A stretch of DNA of 64,000 bases from Bacteriovoracia bacterium (GCA_050246755.1 JBFWVL010000006.1:1-64000), one strand, 5' to 3'. Numbered from the stretch's first letter, positions 28,731 to 39,067 are shown. Notes: generated from the sequence alone by a model not told the origin. A program made the numbers and translations.

Positions 28731-31700
28731 GCTGCGCGCCTGCTTCTTTTCTTTGATTTCACATCAGCGAAAAGTTTTTTATCAAGTGACTGTAGCTCCG
28801 ATTTCAGAGTGGCCTCATCTTCGTCTTTTGCGAGTTTGGCAAGAGTTCTGAACGCATCGTCAAGCACCCCGCCAAAAGACAGCATTTCAAGCTCAATCGG
28901 GATTGTCTTGAGAACTGTCGGTTTTACGTTTACATCGTTATTCACTTGCTTGAACCAGCCATTGACGGAAGGCAAATTCAAATAGACCGACAAAGCCTTT
29001 GCTGAAACCTTTCGTTTGAACTCTTCTCTCGGCTTTAAAACCGACAAACCGACGGACGAAACAGAATCATCGTCAATGAACGCAGCAACCAATCTTTGTT
29101 CCAGCTTCGGATTGCGAATTCGCTGAACTACAACGCGGTCACCCTCATGGAATTTTGGGTCACGGGGAGCCGAAAGGTTGGGACCATACTGAATGAATTC
29201 TTCATTACGCCAACTCTTGTGCATCATCCGTATGTCATTTCCGTAAAGATAAGGACGATATTTCTTATTTAATTTCTTAGTAGAGTTATAGATTTTGTCC
29301 TCAAGCATGGACCTCGTCTGCTTCGGAGTTCCTTTTCCAACCTCATATGCTTGAGCGCCCGCCGTAGCCTCAAAAAAATCATCGACAGTAGATGAAAGGG
29401 CATTCAGAGGGCTATTGGAGCGGACAATAAACCTCGTCGTTTTGTCCGCACGGCTCTCATCAACATCAATCGGAGATAGCTCCACCGAAGCAAGATCGGA
29501 TGGCGTCTGCGAAATTCCGATCTTTAGCGACGGTCTGGCGCCTCGGATTGAATTCGCAATAAGCAATAGGGTGCTGACATTAGCATCCTCAAAAACATCG
29601 TACTTATTGAGAATAAAATCCGCATCCACATTCGACTCGATGAAGGCTTCGCGCAATTTCTTGAAGCAATCTAACGAAAGAATTGTGTCCGGTATGATGA
29701 ATCCAATTCTGTATTTTTCGATATTGCAGAACTTTAGCCACTCATCGTCCATCAACATCCGTTCAATGAAGACATGGAATGAATCATGCTTTTGGTGGAG
29801 TGTCTTGAAGCGCGCAAAAAGTTGACCAACTTGATCTTCTGAAAAATCAATCCCGTAGGGTGGATTTCCAACCACGGCCGTGACGCCATTTGGATCGAGA
29901 AGGTGGCGAACTTTTCCTAAAACATCTTTAGTAAAAATTGTGTCTGCGACGACGAGTTGATCGTCCAACTCTTCAAGGGGCTTGCCTGGCATTGCGCTTT
30001 CCAACCACAGGCTCAACTTTGCCAGCTTTGCAGCTCGTGGATTCACGTCGATTCCAACGAGACAAAGGGACAAAAGCCGTCGCTTTGCTTCTAGGACTGA
30101 TAAAGAAATGTCGTCATTTTTTTCCTTCGAAAGAGCATCAACGTATTTCGTAGCCAAGTAGTTTAGAGCGCCACTCAGAAAGTGTCCCGAGCCCATTGCG
30201 GGGTCTACAACGCGCAGCTTCTCAATGGATTTTGCGGATTCACCACTGACTAGTGGCTCCAGCACTCTCCGCACAACCTCCTGAACGATATAGTCCGGCG
30301 TGTAGTAGCTTCCGGTCGCCTTCCGGTCTTTGTTGTCTGGGGAGAAAAATAGGTCTCCCTTTCTAACCTTGGGAACATCCAGCTTGCGAACTTTCTCGCT
30401 GGACAAGTTGGCTGACTGCCATTGTTTCTTTGCAAAGATCATGTCTTCTGAAGCGACATCGAGCTTAAACTCCAGGAAGCTCTCGTAGATTGATCCGAGC
30501 TGTCGAGGGGAAAAGAAGTTATAGGGAATTTGCTGGTACTTTTTCCCTTTGATGTCCGACTTGCTGTAGCCCAGCTCGAACAAAATGTTCACCATATCTC
30601 TGTTAGACAGCTTAAGTTCCTTCGCAAATTTCCATTCCTCTTTAGAAAAAATTGTTTCTCGAAACCCTTTTATCTCGAATCCAGAAAAGTCGCTGCCTGT
30701 GCCTTGTTGAACAATTTTTGTGAGGCCGAGAAGGCGATCATAGAGTTCGGTGCCATCCGTGGAAAACTGGAAGTCCTTGCTAAAGACTCTTTTTAGCATT
30801 GGGAGATTCAGGCCATCCGACTCCTTCTCAAGATCAAAATACTCCAACTTGTCAATTACGTTGGAGAGAGAAATCTTTCTGTATTCCGGTGACTGCTTCA
30901 GGGGCAAGACGTTCCTGGCCTCGCAATGCTTTATAAATAGTATGTTGAATAGATGGCTTTCTGCGATATTTCTGATTTTCGCAATATCGGAAGTGACCCC
31001 TGACTTCTTGGCGCATTTATAAAGTCCATTACAGGCAACCGACATCGCCTGCACAAACCGATCTTTTAGATCTTCTTCGACCCGTAAAACATACTTTTTG
31101 CTATACTCCAAAAGATCATCTACGAAGCGGCGATCACCGCTTTCGCTATAAAGGGCCTCTTTTGAAAAAATATGGAAGAAGTACTTGGCGTTCTCGATGA
31201 AAAGTTCGTAGTCGCTTGTTGTTCTGTCGAGCCCAGCGTTAACGTGCATGAGTAGCCGACCAAGGTTAAACTGAAAGTAGCGCTTATAGCTGCCAGATGA
31301 CAGCTCAAGATTATACAGCCTCCACGTTTTTCCGTCGGTTAGAATTCCGAAATCCTTTTTCAATATCTCCATGTATTTCAAGCATTGCTCGTCGAAATCC
31401 ATTCCTCGGTTTGCATCATCCTTGGAGGACTTATCCGAACGATTTTTGTCTTCACTCTGTGCCTGCCTCGCATCTTCGATTCGGTCCCAATACTTCGCTT
31501 CGATGGGCAGAATCACTAACTGCCTGGCTTCTTCAATTTTCGCATCGCCCCTTTTTCTCTCGATATATTTTAACTCTTTTGGGTCATTAACAATAATGAG
31601 ATCCGGCTTATACGTTTTGCTTTGCCCACTTTCGCTAACGCTAAACGGCTCATCCTCGGCCCAAGGCTCCTGCGAGGGAGAGCAGTTGTCATTATATCCA

Positions 31701-32005
31701 AGCAACGCAAGGACTGGCTTGATAAAGCGATTAATGGTGTTTCGCTCGCTCCAACTGTCAAAATCTTCGCCCCGAAGCTCCTCGCATAGATTTCGAAACC
31801 CATTGCAGAACTGGTAGAATGGACCGGCTTCATCGAATTCCCATTTTTCTTTGTACTTAACGGGAACATCATTCAAAAGAAATACTTCGTTAAATAACGA
31901 TGTCTGCCAAAATGGATTATTTCGATTGGCTGGAATCAACTCCAACTGCGCCGGAGTATCTTCAATTTTTTTCATTCGCTTTGTTGCCTGTGCCATGCCG
32001 ATCAA
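28727..32005 (-). CDS. Type IIG/Eco57I-like fused restriction endonuclease-N6-adenine methyltransferase
   Basis: KPD...EAK nuclease motif, GILTDGKTWRLY, LGSIYE, GSYYTP, DPAMGSGHF, GNPPY, TaqI_C-like TRD. Confidence 0.88.
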   Translation of the reverse strand: MIGMAQATKRMKKIEDTPAQLELIPANRNNPFWQTSLFNEVFLLNDVPVKYKEKWEFDEAGPFYQFCNGFRNLCEELRGEDFDSWSERNTINRFIKPVLALLGYNDNCSPSQEPWAEDEPFSVSESGQSKTYKPDLIIVNDPKELKYIERKRGDAKIEEARQLVILPIEAKYWDRIEDARQAQSEDKNRSDKSSKDDANRGMDFDEQCLKYMEILKKDFGILTDGKTWRLYNLELSSGSYKRYFQFNLGRLLMHVNAGLDRTTSDYELFIENAKYFFHIFSKEALYSESGDRRFVDDLLEYSKKYVLRVEEDLKDRFVQAMSVACNGLYKCAKKSGVTSDIAKIRNIAESHLFNILFIKHCEARNVLPLKQSPEYRKISLSNVIDKLEYFDLEKESDGLNLPMLKRVFSKDFQFSTDGTELYDRLLGLTKIVQQGTGSDFSGFEIKGFRETIFSKEEWKFAKELKLSNRDMVNILFELGYSKSDIKGKKYQQIPYNFFSPRQLGSIYESFLEFKLDVASEDMIFAKKQWQSANLSSEKVRKLDVPKVRKGDLFFSPDNKDRKATGSYYTPDYIVQEVVRRVLEPLVSGESAKSIEKLRVVDPAMGSGHFLSGALNYLATKYVDALSKEKNDDISLSVLEAKRRLLSLCLVGIDVNPRAAKLAKLSLWLESAMPGKPLEELDDQLVVADTIFTKDVLGKVRHLLDPNGVTAVVGNPPYGIDFSEDQVGQLFARFKTLHQKHDSFHVFIERMLMDDEWLKFCNIEKYRIGFIIPDTILSLDCFKKLREAFIESNVDADFILNKYDVFEDANVSTLLLIANSIRGARPSLKIGISQTPSDLASVELSPIDVDESRADKTTRFIVRSNSPLNALSSTVDDFFEATAGAQAYEVGKGTPKQTRSMLEDKIYNSTKKLNKKYRPYLYGNDIRMMHKSWRNEEFIQYGPNLSAPRDPKFHEGDRVVVQRIRNPKLEQRLVAAFIDDDSVSSVGLSVLKPREEFKRKVSAKALSVYLNLPSVNGWFKQVNNDVNVKPTVLKTIPIELEMLSFGGVLDDAFRTLAKLAKDEDEATLKSELQSLDKKLFADVKSKKRSRRAA

Positions 32006-32235
32006 ACTTCCTTCACGCGAGAAACTTGAGCGAACGTCACGTCGTCAACGAGTTGAAATTTGACCTTCTTTTTATCCTTCAGCGATTTCCATTTTCTTCC
32101 GGAATCAATGGCAGAATAGTGGACGTAATACGACTGGCCACTGTCAGCCTTAATCATCCCTTCACCGGATTTTTCATCGAACCAATGAACGGTCCCGAGC
32201 TGCCAGGCTTGTGAAATGGTTTTTGAGCGTGCCAT
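32002..32235 (-). CDS. Cold-shock domain protein (divergent)
   Basis: GTVHWFDEKSGEGMI, YYVHYSAI, KSLKD..KVKF; GGAGG RBS. Confidence 0.85.
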   Translation of the reverse strand: MARSKTISQAWQLGTVHWFDEKSGEGMIKADSGQSYYVHYSAIDSGRKWKSLKDKKKVKFQLVDDVTFAQVSRVKEV

Positions 32236-32526
32236 GAACTTCCTCCGCTGAAGTCTCTTGTTGCGTCGTCGCTGCGGACTCCTAGCGGTCGCCGGAGCCG
32301 CTGGCTACCTTGCCTGCGACGGTCAAAGAACTTTTCGGTCGTATTCGAAAAACCTAAAGAACGAAGCCCGTTTACACGGCGGAACTGGTCAAACGAAGGA
32401 CTCCCCCGGAGGGCAAGGCCCAGCGGCAAAACAAAGCCCTATCCGGTGGCGGATATTTGCTGGACCAAGAAATGGGAAGACTATGACGGGAACCCGTTGG
32501 AGCCCTCGACTGACGGCCAATGTGGG

Positions 32527-33360
32527 CTAGGCCCTGGAGACTCCCAGCTCTCGCCGGTACTTGAAGAACGTCCGTCGCTTCAGGCCGGTGGACTCCTCGA
32601 AAATTCGAACCTGATCTTTGACGGCTAGGCCGCGCCGGGAAAGCTGGCGAACCAGTTTCTTCGGATCTTCAGGAGCGGCAACAACCATTCGCTCCAGCAA
32701 ATCGCGCCACTGCTCCCCATTGTGCTGGGCCAGCTCGTACCCCATCTGCAAGGTTCGATAGCTGATTTGATGGACCGATGTGGCGCTGATCTTCTGACTG
32801 AGGAATCGCGCAACTTCCGTGGCCTTCTGCGTGTCCGAGTACAGATCCTGGTTCTCGGCAGCTTTCTCCAGCAACGCCTTTGCGCCTGTCGGATCAATAT
32901 TGATTCTATATGGGAAGCTCCGCGACTTCACCGCCTCGGCATCCGCTGTCGCGGGAAATGAGTTGCACACTATGACCAGCTTGCCCTCGAAGGTGAACTC
33001 TTCGGCGGACGCCTTGCCGCTGGTAGAGCCCCAGCGAATCTTGCGCTGCTTTCCCTGCCCCCATGTGGCGGCTTTCAGAATCGCCATTGAACTTTGGTCG
33101 CTGAACAGTCCCGCGCAGTCGTCGATAACGACGGTGTTGCGGGCATTGTCGTGCAGGAAATTGAAGAGATGCAGCGGTGTTGAGTACGATCCGAGATGCA
33201 CTCCGGTCACGCCCGCCGCTCGCAGAGCATCCTCGACAGCCGTAGTCTTGCCCCATCCGGGCGGCCCCTCGATAATCAGGGCGTGCATCCGCTCGCTGGC
33301 TCGGATCGTGAGGAGCAGCCGTTTGATGGCTTCAATGTGATTCAGCGACTCATTCTTCAT
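32527..33360 (-). CDS. AAA-type ATPase with C-terminal HTH
   Basis: GPPGWGKT, VVIDD, IVCN, AVKSRS arginine finger; FEESTGLKRRTFFKYRRE. Confidence 0.75.
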   Translation of the reverse strand: MKNESLNHIEAIKRLLLTIRASERMHALIIEGPPGWGKTTAVEDALRAAGVTGVHLGSYSTPLHLFNFLHDNARNTVVIDDCAGLFSDQSSMAILKAATWGQGKQRKIRWGSTSGKASAEEFTFEGKLVIVCNSFPATADAEAVKSRSFPYRINIDPTGAKALLEKAAENQDLYSDTQKATEVARFLSQKISATSVHQISYRTLQMGYELAQHNGEQWRDLLERMVVAAPEDPKKLVRQLSRRGLAVKDQVRIFEESTGLKRRTFFKYRRELGVSRA

Positions 33361-33393
33361 AAAGCCTCACACATAGGGGGGAAGCGCACGGAA

Positions 33394-33449
33394 AGTGCAA
33401 GATGCACTAGCCTGAGAGCAAAAGTCCACGAAAAAGTGCGCCTTGCACT
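33394..33449. promoter_or_regulatory. Two AGTGC-N5-GCACT palindromes upstream of the AAA-HTH gene
   Basis: AGTGC-AAGAT-GCACT (33394-33408) and AGTGC-GCCTT-GCACT (33435-33449). Confidence 0.5.
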
Positions 33450-33458
33450 TCCTGCGCA

Positions 33459-34847
33459 TTAGGCCCCGGTTCCTTGGCCGAGCTTCGCCGCCTTCGACTG
33501 ATTCAGCAGGTATTGCAGGTGTTGGGGCGTCACGCCGAGCCTGCGGGCCGCTTCGATCTTGCTGCCGGAGGCTTCGATGGTTTCCAGGATGTAGGACATT
33601 TTGGCCTTGGACTTCTGCTCTTCCCATTCGGAAAGCCTCATGCTTCCGGGGGAAAATGAATCTTGATCCGAATAGAGCGCCAGGTCCAAGTCTTCAGGAC
33701 GCACCAGGGGGCCTTCCGTTTGGACCAAATGCTTCTCAACGACCGCCGCCAGCTCACGGACATTGCCGGGCCAGGGGTACTTTTTTAACACGTCCACCGC
33801 TCGGCTCTGGAAATAGCGATTTGTCTGATACCGCTTGTTGTAAATTTCCGAGAAGAACGCCACAAGCGGCTCGATATCTTCTACGCGCTCACGCAGCGGC
33901 GGGATCTCAATTTCCGCCACCTTGATCCGGTACATGAGGTCTTCGCGGAAGAGCCCATGTTTCATGAGGTCGTCGATCTTTTTGTGGCTTGCGCAAACGA
34001 TTCGCACGTCGATTTTCCGTGAGAGCCTTGCTCCAATCGGCTCGACCGTTCTTTCTTGCAGGACGCGCAGGAGCTTTGCCTGAAGATCCAAGGAAAGATC
34101 CCCGATCTCATCAAGAAAAATAGTCCCTTTGTCGGCCTGAATGAACTTGCCATCCTGATCCGCGATGGCTCCGGTGAACGAACCCTTTTTGTGTCCGAAC
34201 AAGGTGGATTCAAGCAGCTCCTTAGCGATGGCCGCACAGTTGATGGCAACGAACGGCCCTTTTGCGCGTGGTGAAAGATCGTGGAGAGCGCGGGCGACAA
34301 GCTCTTTTCCGGTGCCGGACTCGCCGTGAATGAGCACGGAAACGTCGCGGGCCTCCGCGATTTTTTTGGTCTTGATAGCGACTTCCGCCATGACCTGGGA
34401 CTGCCCCTCCATCTTGACGGCCGCCAAGTGGCGGCGATTCTCGTTCTTATTCGTCGTTGGGCGGATGGTTTTCAGCAACTCGTCATACCTGTTGCAGTAC
34501 ATCCGCACTTTGCTCAAAAGATCCTGCGGCTCCGAGCTTTTTTCGATGAACTCCACGGCTCCGGCCTGGTAGCTCAGTTTCAAAGCGTCACGGCTGTAAT
34601 CGGCAGAGTACATGGCGACTTGCTGAACTGGATTGATCTCACGAATCAGCTTCGCCACAAAATCGCCAGAGGACTGCGGCATCTGAAAATCCAGCAACAC
34701 GAGGGCAAATTCCTCTTTTTTGACCAGCATCAGCGCCTCATCGGAGGTTTGGGCCGTGCTGACCTCGTAGCCGTTGATTTCCAAATAGCCCTTAGTGGCT
34801 TTGATGTTCTTCAGGTCGTCATCGACCATGAGGATCTTATACGGCAT
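33459..34847 (-). CDS. Sigma-54-dependent response regulator (NtrC/AtoC family)
   Basis: REC domain (VDDD, LDFQMP), GESGTGKE, GSFTGA loop, FLDEIG, FREDLMYR, WPGNVREL, Fis-type HTH. Confidence 0.93.
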   Translation of the reverse strand: MPYKILMVDDDLKNIKATKGYLEINGYEVSTAQTSDEALMLVKKEEFALVLLDFQMPQSSGDFVAKLIREINPVQQVAMYSADYSRDALKLSYQAGAVEFIEKSSEPQDLLSKVRMYCNRYDELLKTIRPTTNKNENRRHLAAVKMEGQSQVMAEVAIKTKKIAEARDVSVLIHGESGTGKELVARALHDLSPRAKGPFVAINCAAIAKELLESTLFGHKKGSFTGAIADQDGKFIQADKGTIFLDEIGDLSLDLQAKLLRVLQERTVEPIGARLSRKIDVRIVCASHKKIDDLMKHGLFREDLMYRIKVAEIEIPPLRERVEDIEPLVAFFSEIYNKRYQTNRYFQSRAVDVLKKYPWPGNVRELAAVVEKHLVQTEGPLVRPEDLDLALYSDQDSFSPGSMRLSEWEEQKSKAKMSYILETIEASGSKIEAARRLGVTPQHLQYLLNQSKAAKLGQGTGA

Positions 34848-36234
34848 GAGTGCTGCTCCTTTCCGTTCCCTCGGAGGGAACTGATACCGTGATCGTGGTC
34901 CCTTGACCCTGTCGGCTTTCGACATGGACCGAGCCATTTCTCTGCTCGCAGATATGCTTAACGATAAAGAGGCCAAGCCCTGTGCCGGTGGCGGGTTTGG
35001 ACGTGAAATCCGGCTCGAAAATCCGATCATACAAATGCGCCGGGATGCCGCACCCCCGGTCGGCAACTGAGAGAACGGAGGATTCCCCCTGTTTTTCGAC
35101 CTTGACGGAAATCTCCGCGCCCGTGTTTGAGGCATCCGCCGCATTTTCGACAAGGTTCTGAAGAATGCGAGCCACTTCCGAACGAGAAAGCGGAGCCAGG
35201 ACACCGGCCGCGGCTGATATATTCAACCGGATATTTTTGTTCTTGATGGATTCATTTTTCTGAAGAGACTCAATCTCCAGTCGAGCGGCATCGGAAAGAT
35301 CCAGGAGATTTTCTCTCTGATCGTTCTCGTTGAGAGTTTTCACCTGGGAGGCAATCATGGAAACTTTGCGAAGTGAGGTCTTAATTTCGTTAAGCGTGTC
35401 ACTGGCCGAGGGATCGACTTTCATCTGCTGATCCAGCGTCGCAAGATATAGTTGAACCTGAGAAACGGGGCTCAATAAGTCGTGCGCGATCCCGCGAAGT
35501 ACCAGCATCTTGGCCTTCTCGCTGGCCTGGCTTTCATAGCGTTCAATCTGGGCGGTCAGCCCCTCTATGGCATCTCGGAGCGGCGCAAGCTCTAAAAAAG
35601 GAGCCAGTGAAAGAGGGCTTTGGCTTTTGGGATTGATCCGCAGCCGCTTCGCCCATTCTTCGACTTCGGAAGCGAGCTTTTTTGACGAGACGCGGGCAAC
35701 GCTTCCGAGGCCAAGCAACATGGCCGCATAGCCAAAAGAGAAAATGAAGAAAACGATGACGACAAAGAGCCAGTCAATTTGCACCGATTTTGAAAGATAG
35801 AGGTAGCCGAAGAGGTTTTCCTTCTTCTCGTCAAAATAGATCGGGAAGAAAATTCGCCCAGGGCCGGTATAGCCATCGAAGCAAGTGAATCCCACGGTGC
35901 CACATGGACGAATAGTGTTTGGTATGATCGAGGTGGAGCGGTAAATATGCTGACGGTCTTGATTGAGAATCAAAGCGTCTTCGCCTTCCCCCAATCCGAG
36001 AACATTGTGGATTTGGTTTTCCACCGCCTTGATGTCACCTTCCAAGATCCGCGAGCGAAAGGCTTCAGCGGCAGCAGTGGCCGATTTCTGAAGATCGGTC
36101 GCCATTTTGTAGCGAGACAGAAAGAACGTGGCCGTCACGGAAATCAGAGCCATCGCTGTAAACCCGATAACGGATTGACGGAGGATGCTCCTTTCCAGGT
36201 AAGACTTGATCGTGGTGACGGCCCTTTTCTTCAC
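34837..36234 (-). CDS. Membrane sensor histidine kinase
   Basis: Two TM helices around a periplasmic domain; AHDLLSP H-box, NLVENA, DRGCGI, FEPDFTSK, GTGLGL. Confidence 0.93.
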   Translation of the reverse strand: MKKRAVTTIKSYLERSILRQSVIGFTAMALISVTATFFLSRYKMATDLQKSATAAAEAFRSRILEGDIKAVENQIHNVLGLGEGEDALILNQDRQHIYRSTSIIPNTIRPCGTVGFTCFDGYTGPGRIFFPIYFDEKKENLFGYLYLSKSVQIDWLFVVIVFFIFSFGYAAMLLGLGSVARVSSKKLASEVEEWAKRLRINPKSQSPLSLAPFLELAPLRDAIEGLTAQIERYESQASEKAKMLVLRGIAHDLLSPVSQVQLYLATLDQQMKVDPSASDTLNEIKTSLRKVSMIASQVKTLNENDQRENLLDLSDAARLEIESLQKNESIKNKNIRLNISAAAGVLAPLSRSEVARILQNLVENAADASNTGAEISVKVEKQGESSVLSVADRGCGIPAHLYDRIFEPDFTSKPATGTGLGLFIVKHICEQRNGSVHVESRQGQGTTITVSVPSEGTERSSTHAV

Positions 36235-37721
36235 TTGAACCTGACTTTCGAGAAGGCAACGGTTTCATCCGTCGTCGGCACTTGGGAAAGATCAATTCCT
36301 TCCTTAGCGATGACGATGGTCGAGTAGTGGAAAATCGGTAGCAAAGATCCTTCTCGGGTGGCTTCCGTGAAGATGCGGCGATACTCTAGGTTTCGTCCCA
36401 GGTGATCGGGGTTCAAACGGGCTTTCTTAACTCTAGCCTGGAAGTCTTTCGATCCCTCGCCCGCGTTGGGAATGATCGGTGGGGTTAGGCCGAAGAAGAA
36501 ACCCATCGCGCCTTCCACGTTCGGATCATTGACCGGCAGTGAACCAGCGACGAGATCATAGTTTCCTGCGGCTCGGGTCTTCTCAAAATCTGCAAGTGAA
36601 ACGAGCTTAAACGTGGGCTCAATGCCGGTCAGCTCCTTGAGCGTGCTGCGGATATTCCGTTGAAGGATCTCACTCATTCGGGACTCGGCGGCGAGGATTT
36701 CCAGCGGCTTCTTGCGAAAGCCTTCCGGCAACTTTGCCTCCGATCCCGCTTTTTGAAACTCGGGATCGAAAAGGATATACCCTTGCGGGAAAAACTGTTC
36801 TGTCGAATTGAAGCCAGCGAGCCCTTTGGTGATCGCGGAGCGGTCGAGGCGCTGGTTCAGATATTGGAACAGCAATCGGCCATTTTCGTTGGTCAGCCGA
36901 GGGCCAGGCGCAAAGAAGAATACTTTGTCCAGATTGCGGTGCCAGACTTCATACTTTGCTTTCTTAAATCTCTCGCTCGTTTCCACGGGAAGCAATGAAG
37001 ACGACCCCAGGAGGTTCGCCCAAGAATCTTTAAGAAAAGATTCTTGGATTTCCTCTCCGGCGGGTGGGCGGCGGATATGCACGGACTTCGGCATATTGGG
37101 CTGCGTGAAGATCCAGAACTTATTCAGCGATAGTTCGATCTCCGCGTTGGAAACGGATTTTAAGGCGAAGGGGCCGGTGGTTGTTGCCAGATCCAGCGAG
37201 TCGCCCTCTTTCACTCGAACGATACCGTACATCGGTTCCGTGAGCTTCTTCACGACTCCGCTTGTGGCCGCCGCGACATTCAACTTGAACACCAGCGTCT
37301 TGGCGTCCTTCGCTTCAATCGCGGTTACATAGTCGTAGAGGGTCTTCAGGGAATCGCCGTGGACTCGTTTGGCGCGGAGCAGGCTTTTTACAGCCTGCTC
37401 CGCCGTGACTGCGCTTCCGTCGGACCATTTGGAAGCCGCTCCGATCTTGAACGTGATCTCTTTTTCTCCGGTAACGCTCCATGATTCGGCAAGGCCGGAG
37501 ACAAGCTCTCTCGTCTTGCTCCAGCCGACAAGTGTTGAGCCGAGGGCGTAAGATAAATCGAGATCCACCAAGGTTCGCACGTTCGCGGGATCAACCGGGA
37601 GTGTGAACGGCATATAGGTTTTTACGGTGTTCTGGTTCTCTTTTGACATGACATTCTCCCCCGGCAAGATACCGGCTACAACCAACAAGAGCGAAATGCA
37701 GAGAGGCTTCCAGGCTTTCAT
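36231..37721 (-). CDS. Family-5 (OppA/DppA-like) periplasmic solute-binding protein without permease genes
   Basis: Signal peptide, VDP, GLAESW..ITFKI..KWSDGSAVTA, TTGPF, LPIFH. Confidence 0.85.
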   Translation of the reverse strand: MKAWKPLCISLLLVVAGILPGENVMSKENQNTVKTYMPFTLPVDPANVRTLVDLDLSYALGSTLVGWSKTRELVSGLAESWSVTGEKEITFKIGAASKWSDGSAVTAEQAVKSLLRAKRVHGDSLKTLYDYVTAIEAKDAKTLVFKLNVAAATSGVVKKLTEPMYGIVRVKEGDSLDLATTTGPFALKSVSNAEIELSLNKFWIFTQPNMPKSVHIRRPPAGEEIQESFLKDSWANLLGSSSLLPVETSERFKKAKYEVWHRNLDKVFFFAPGPRLTNENGRLLFQYLNQRLDRSAITKGLAGFNSTEQFFPQGYILFDPEFQKAGSEAKLPEGFRKKPLEILAAESRMSEILQRNIRSTLKELTGIEPTFKLVSLADFEKTRAAGNYDLVAGSLPVNDPNVEGAMGFFFGLTPPIIPNAGEGSKDFQARVKKARLNPDHLGRNLEYRRIFTEATREGSLLPIFHYSTIVIAKEGIDLSQVPTTDETVAFSKVRFK

Positions 37722-38024
37722 TTAGAAGGGAGCCGTCCAGCAACTCGGTTCGCTTACGGTTTCCAGTCCAGCGGAGTTTCTTCCCCGGAGAACCAGATTT
37801 CCATTTTCATCCACGCCAAGAATAACCGATTCCCAGTCGATACGCACGGTCCTCTCTAAGTCGCGGATCAATTGTTCGTAGCGAGCGCGCTCATCCGTGG
37901 AAAGTCGTTCCAAGGGAGTGAACTTCCCGTTCGGAATGATCGGGACTTGCGCTTTGGCCGCATGGCCCATCCCCAGCAAAGCAGCGGCGACCAAGAGCCC
38001 CAACTTAGGTTTTGCGTTCTTCAT
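37722..38024 (-). CDS. 100-aa exported protein, candidate RiPP precursor
   Basis: GGGGG RBS; Sec-type signal MKNAKPKLGLLVAAALLGMGHAAKA; C-terminus LETVSEPSCWTAPF with the only Cys; sits between ycaO and the SBP gene. Confidence 0.7.
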   Translation of the reverse strand: MKNAKPKLGLLVAAALLGMGHAAKAQVPIIPNGKFTPLERLSTDERARYEQLIRDLERTVRIDWESVILGVDENGNLVLRGRNSAGLETVSEPSCWTAPF

Positions 38025-38038
38025 ATACTTTCCCCCTT

Positions 38039-39067
38039 TCAGGAAACGATATGCGGTTGAGTATTTAGAGTCCGTTCCTTCATGGAGACAGAAAAATTCC
38101 TCTTCTCTGCCTGTTTCAAAACTTTTTGAATGTCGGTGCTTCCCCATGCCAGTTCAAAAGCTCTTTCGTGAGTGGCAAATCCAGCGATGACCGGATGCTC
38201 CAGGGCTTGGTGAAACTTGAAATCGGACGCTTCCGACCGGAGAAGGTCGAGTCGTTCGTTCCAGGATTGCTCTGCTTCAAGCCAGGATGTTGCTGGGCCA
38301 AACATCCATGCGGGAAATGGCTCATGATGGGCGTAGTAAACCGCGTGAGCACCCGGCTGCACTCGAACTCTTTCTTCACGCCGAAGAAGGATTTGCGAGT
38401 CATTCCAAAATGAGCGGCGCAGGGCATGGTGGGCGGCCCGGCAGGTTTCGGCGATGGCGGATTCGATGCTGTCCTGCAATTCCGTCTTCGTCGAGTGGCC
38501 GGATACTCCGTAACCGGCGGCATTCAGAAAGAGACAAGTCACCGAGGGGCCAAGACCCTCGGTGGAAATCAGGAGCTTCATTTCGGGAAACTCGGACTGC
38601 GACAACTCGTTCCGCACCCAATGCAAGATGGACTGCGGCCATTCGCTCGGTGTGATTTCGAGAAACGGAACCGACAGATACCATTGAGCAAGAACGGCGT
38701 CGCGTTCCACCAGCTCAAGAATCGCTCCGGTTCTTGCTTGCGGAAGGGTTTCGTGCGCCGCCCAGCCATTGCTCGTTCCTAGATTTTCGTGGTTGAGTCC
38801 CTTGTGCCAGCGCATCAGGCTCGCACGTTCGATCAACTCCATGATCGCTTTCGTCATGGCAAGATCCTCTGTCTTGGCCTCTCCGCAAGCCCGAACCTCC
38901 ATGCCATCCAGGGAGGCTTCGATATTGATGATGAACTTGGAGAATCGGAAGCCTGCTGGCCGAGTGCCGCGAGAAACGCGCACGTCTCTAAACCCGAATG
39001 GAAGCGACTCCCACCAGGGAGCGGAGGCACCGCTTTGAGAATCTGGAATGGCGTTATCTAATCGCAT
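38039..39067 (-). CDS. ycaO: Stand-alone, compact YcaO-family protein
   Basis: KAIMELIER and TSNGWAAH...AILELVERDA ATP/Mg-binding motifs; C-terminal QPHIVS resembles the Pro-His tail of YcaOs. Confidence 0.85.
   Translation of the reverse strand: MRLDNAIPDSQSGASAPWWESLPFGFRDVRVSRGTRPAGFRFSKFIINIEASLDGMEVRACGEAKTEDLAMTKAIMELIERASLMRWHKGLNHENLGTSNGWAAHETLPQARTGAILELVERDAVLAQWYLSVPFLEITPSEWPQSILHWVRNELSQSEFPEMKLLISTEGLGPSVTCLFLNAAGYGVSGHSTKTELQDSIESAIAETCRAAHHALRRSFWNDSQILLRREERVRVQPGAHAVYYAHHEPFPAWMFGPATSWLEAEQSWNERLDLLRSEASDFKFHQALEHPVIAGFATHERAFELAWGSTDIQKVLKQAEKRNFSVSMKERTLNTQPHIVS

Noticed and set aside
32236-32526. Possible riboswitch or ncRNA upstream of the cold-shock gene
   Set aside because: Only short GC-rich stems; no family recognisable by eye, and long leaders are normal for csp genes.
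34848-35204. N-terminal extension of the response regulator in the ORF track
   Set aside because: Out-of-frame overlap with the kinase ATPase domain; the REC domain starts at ATG 34847.
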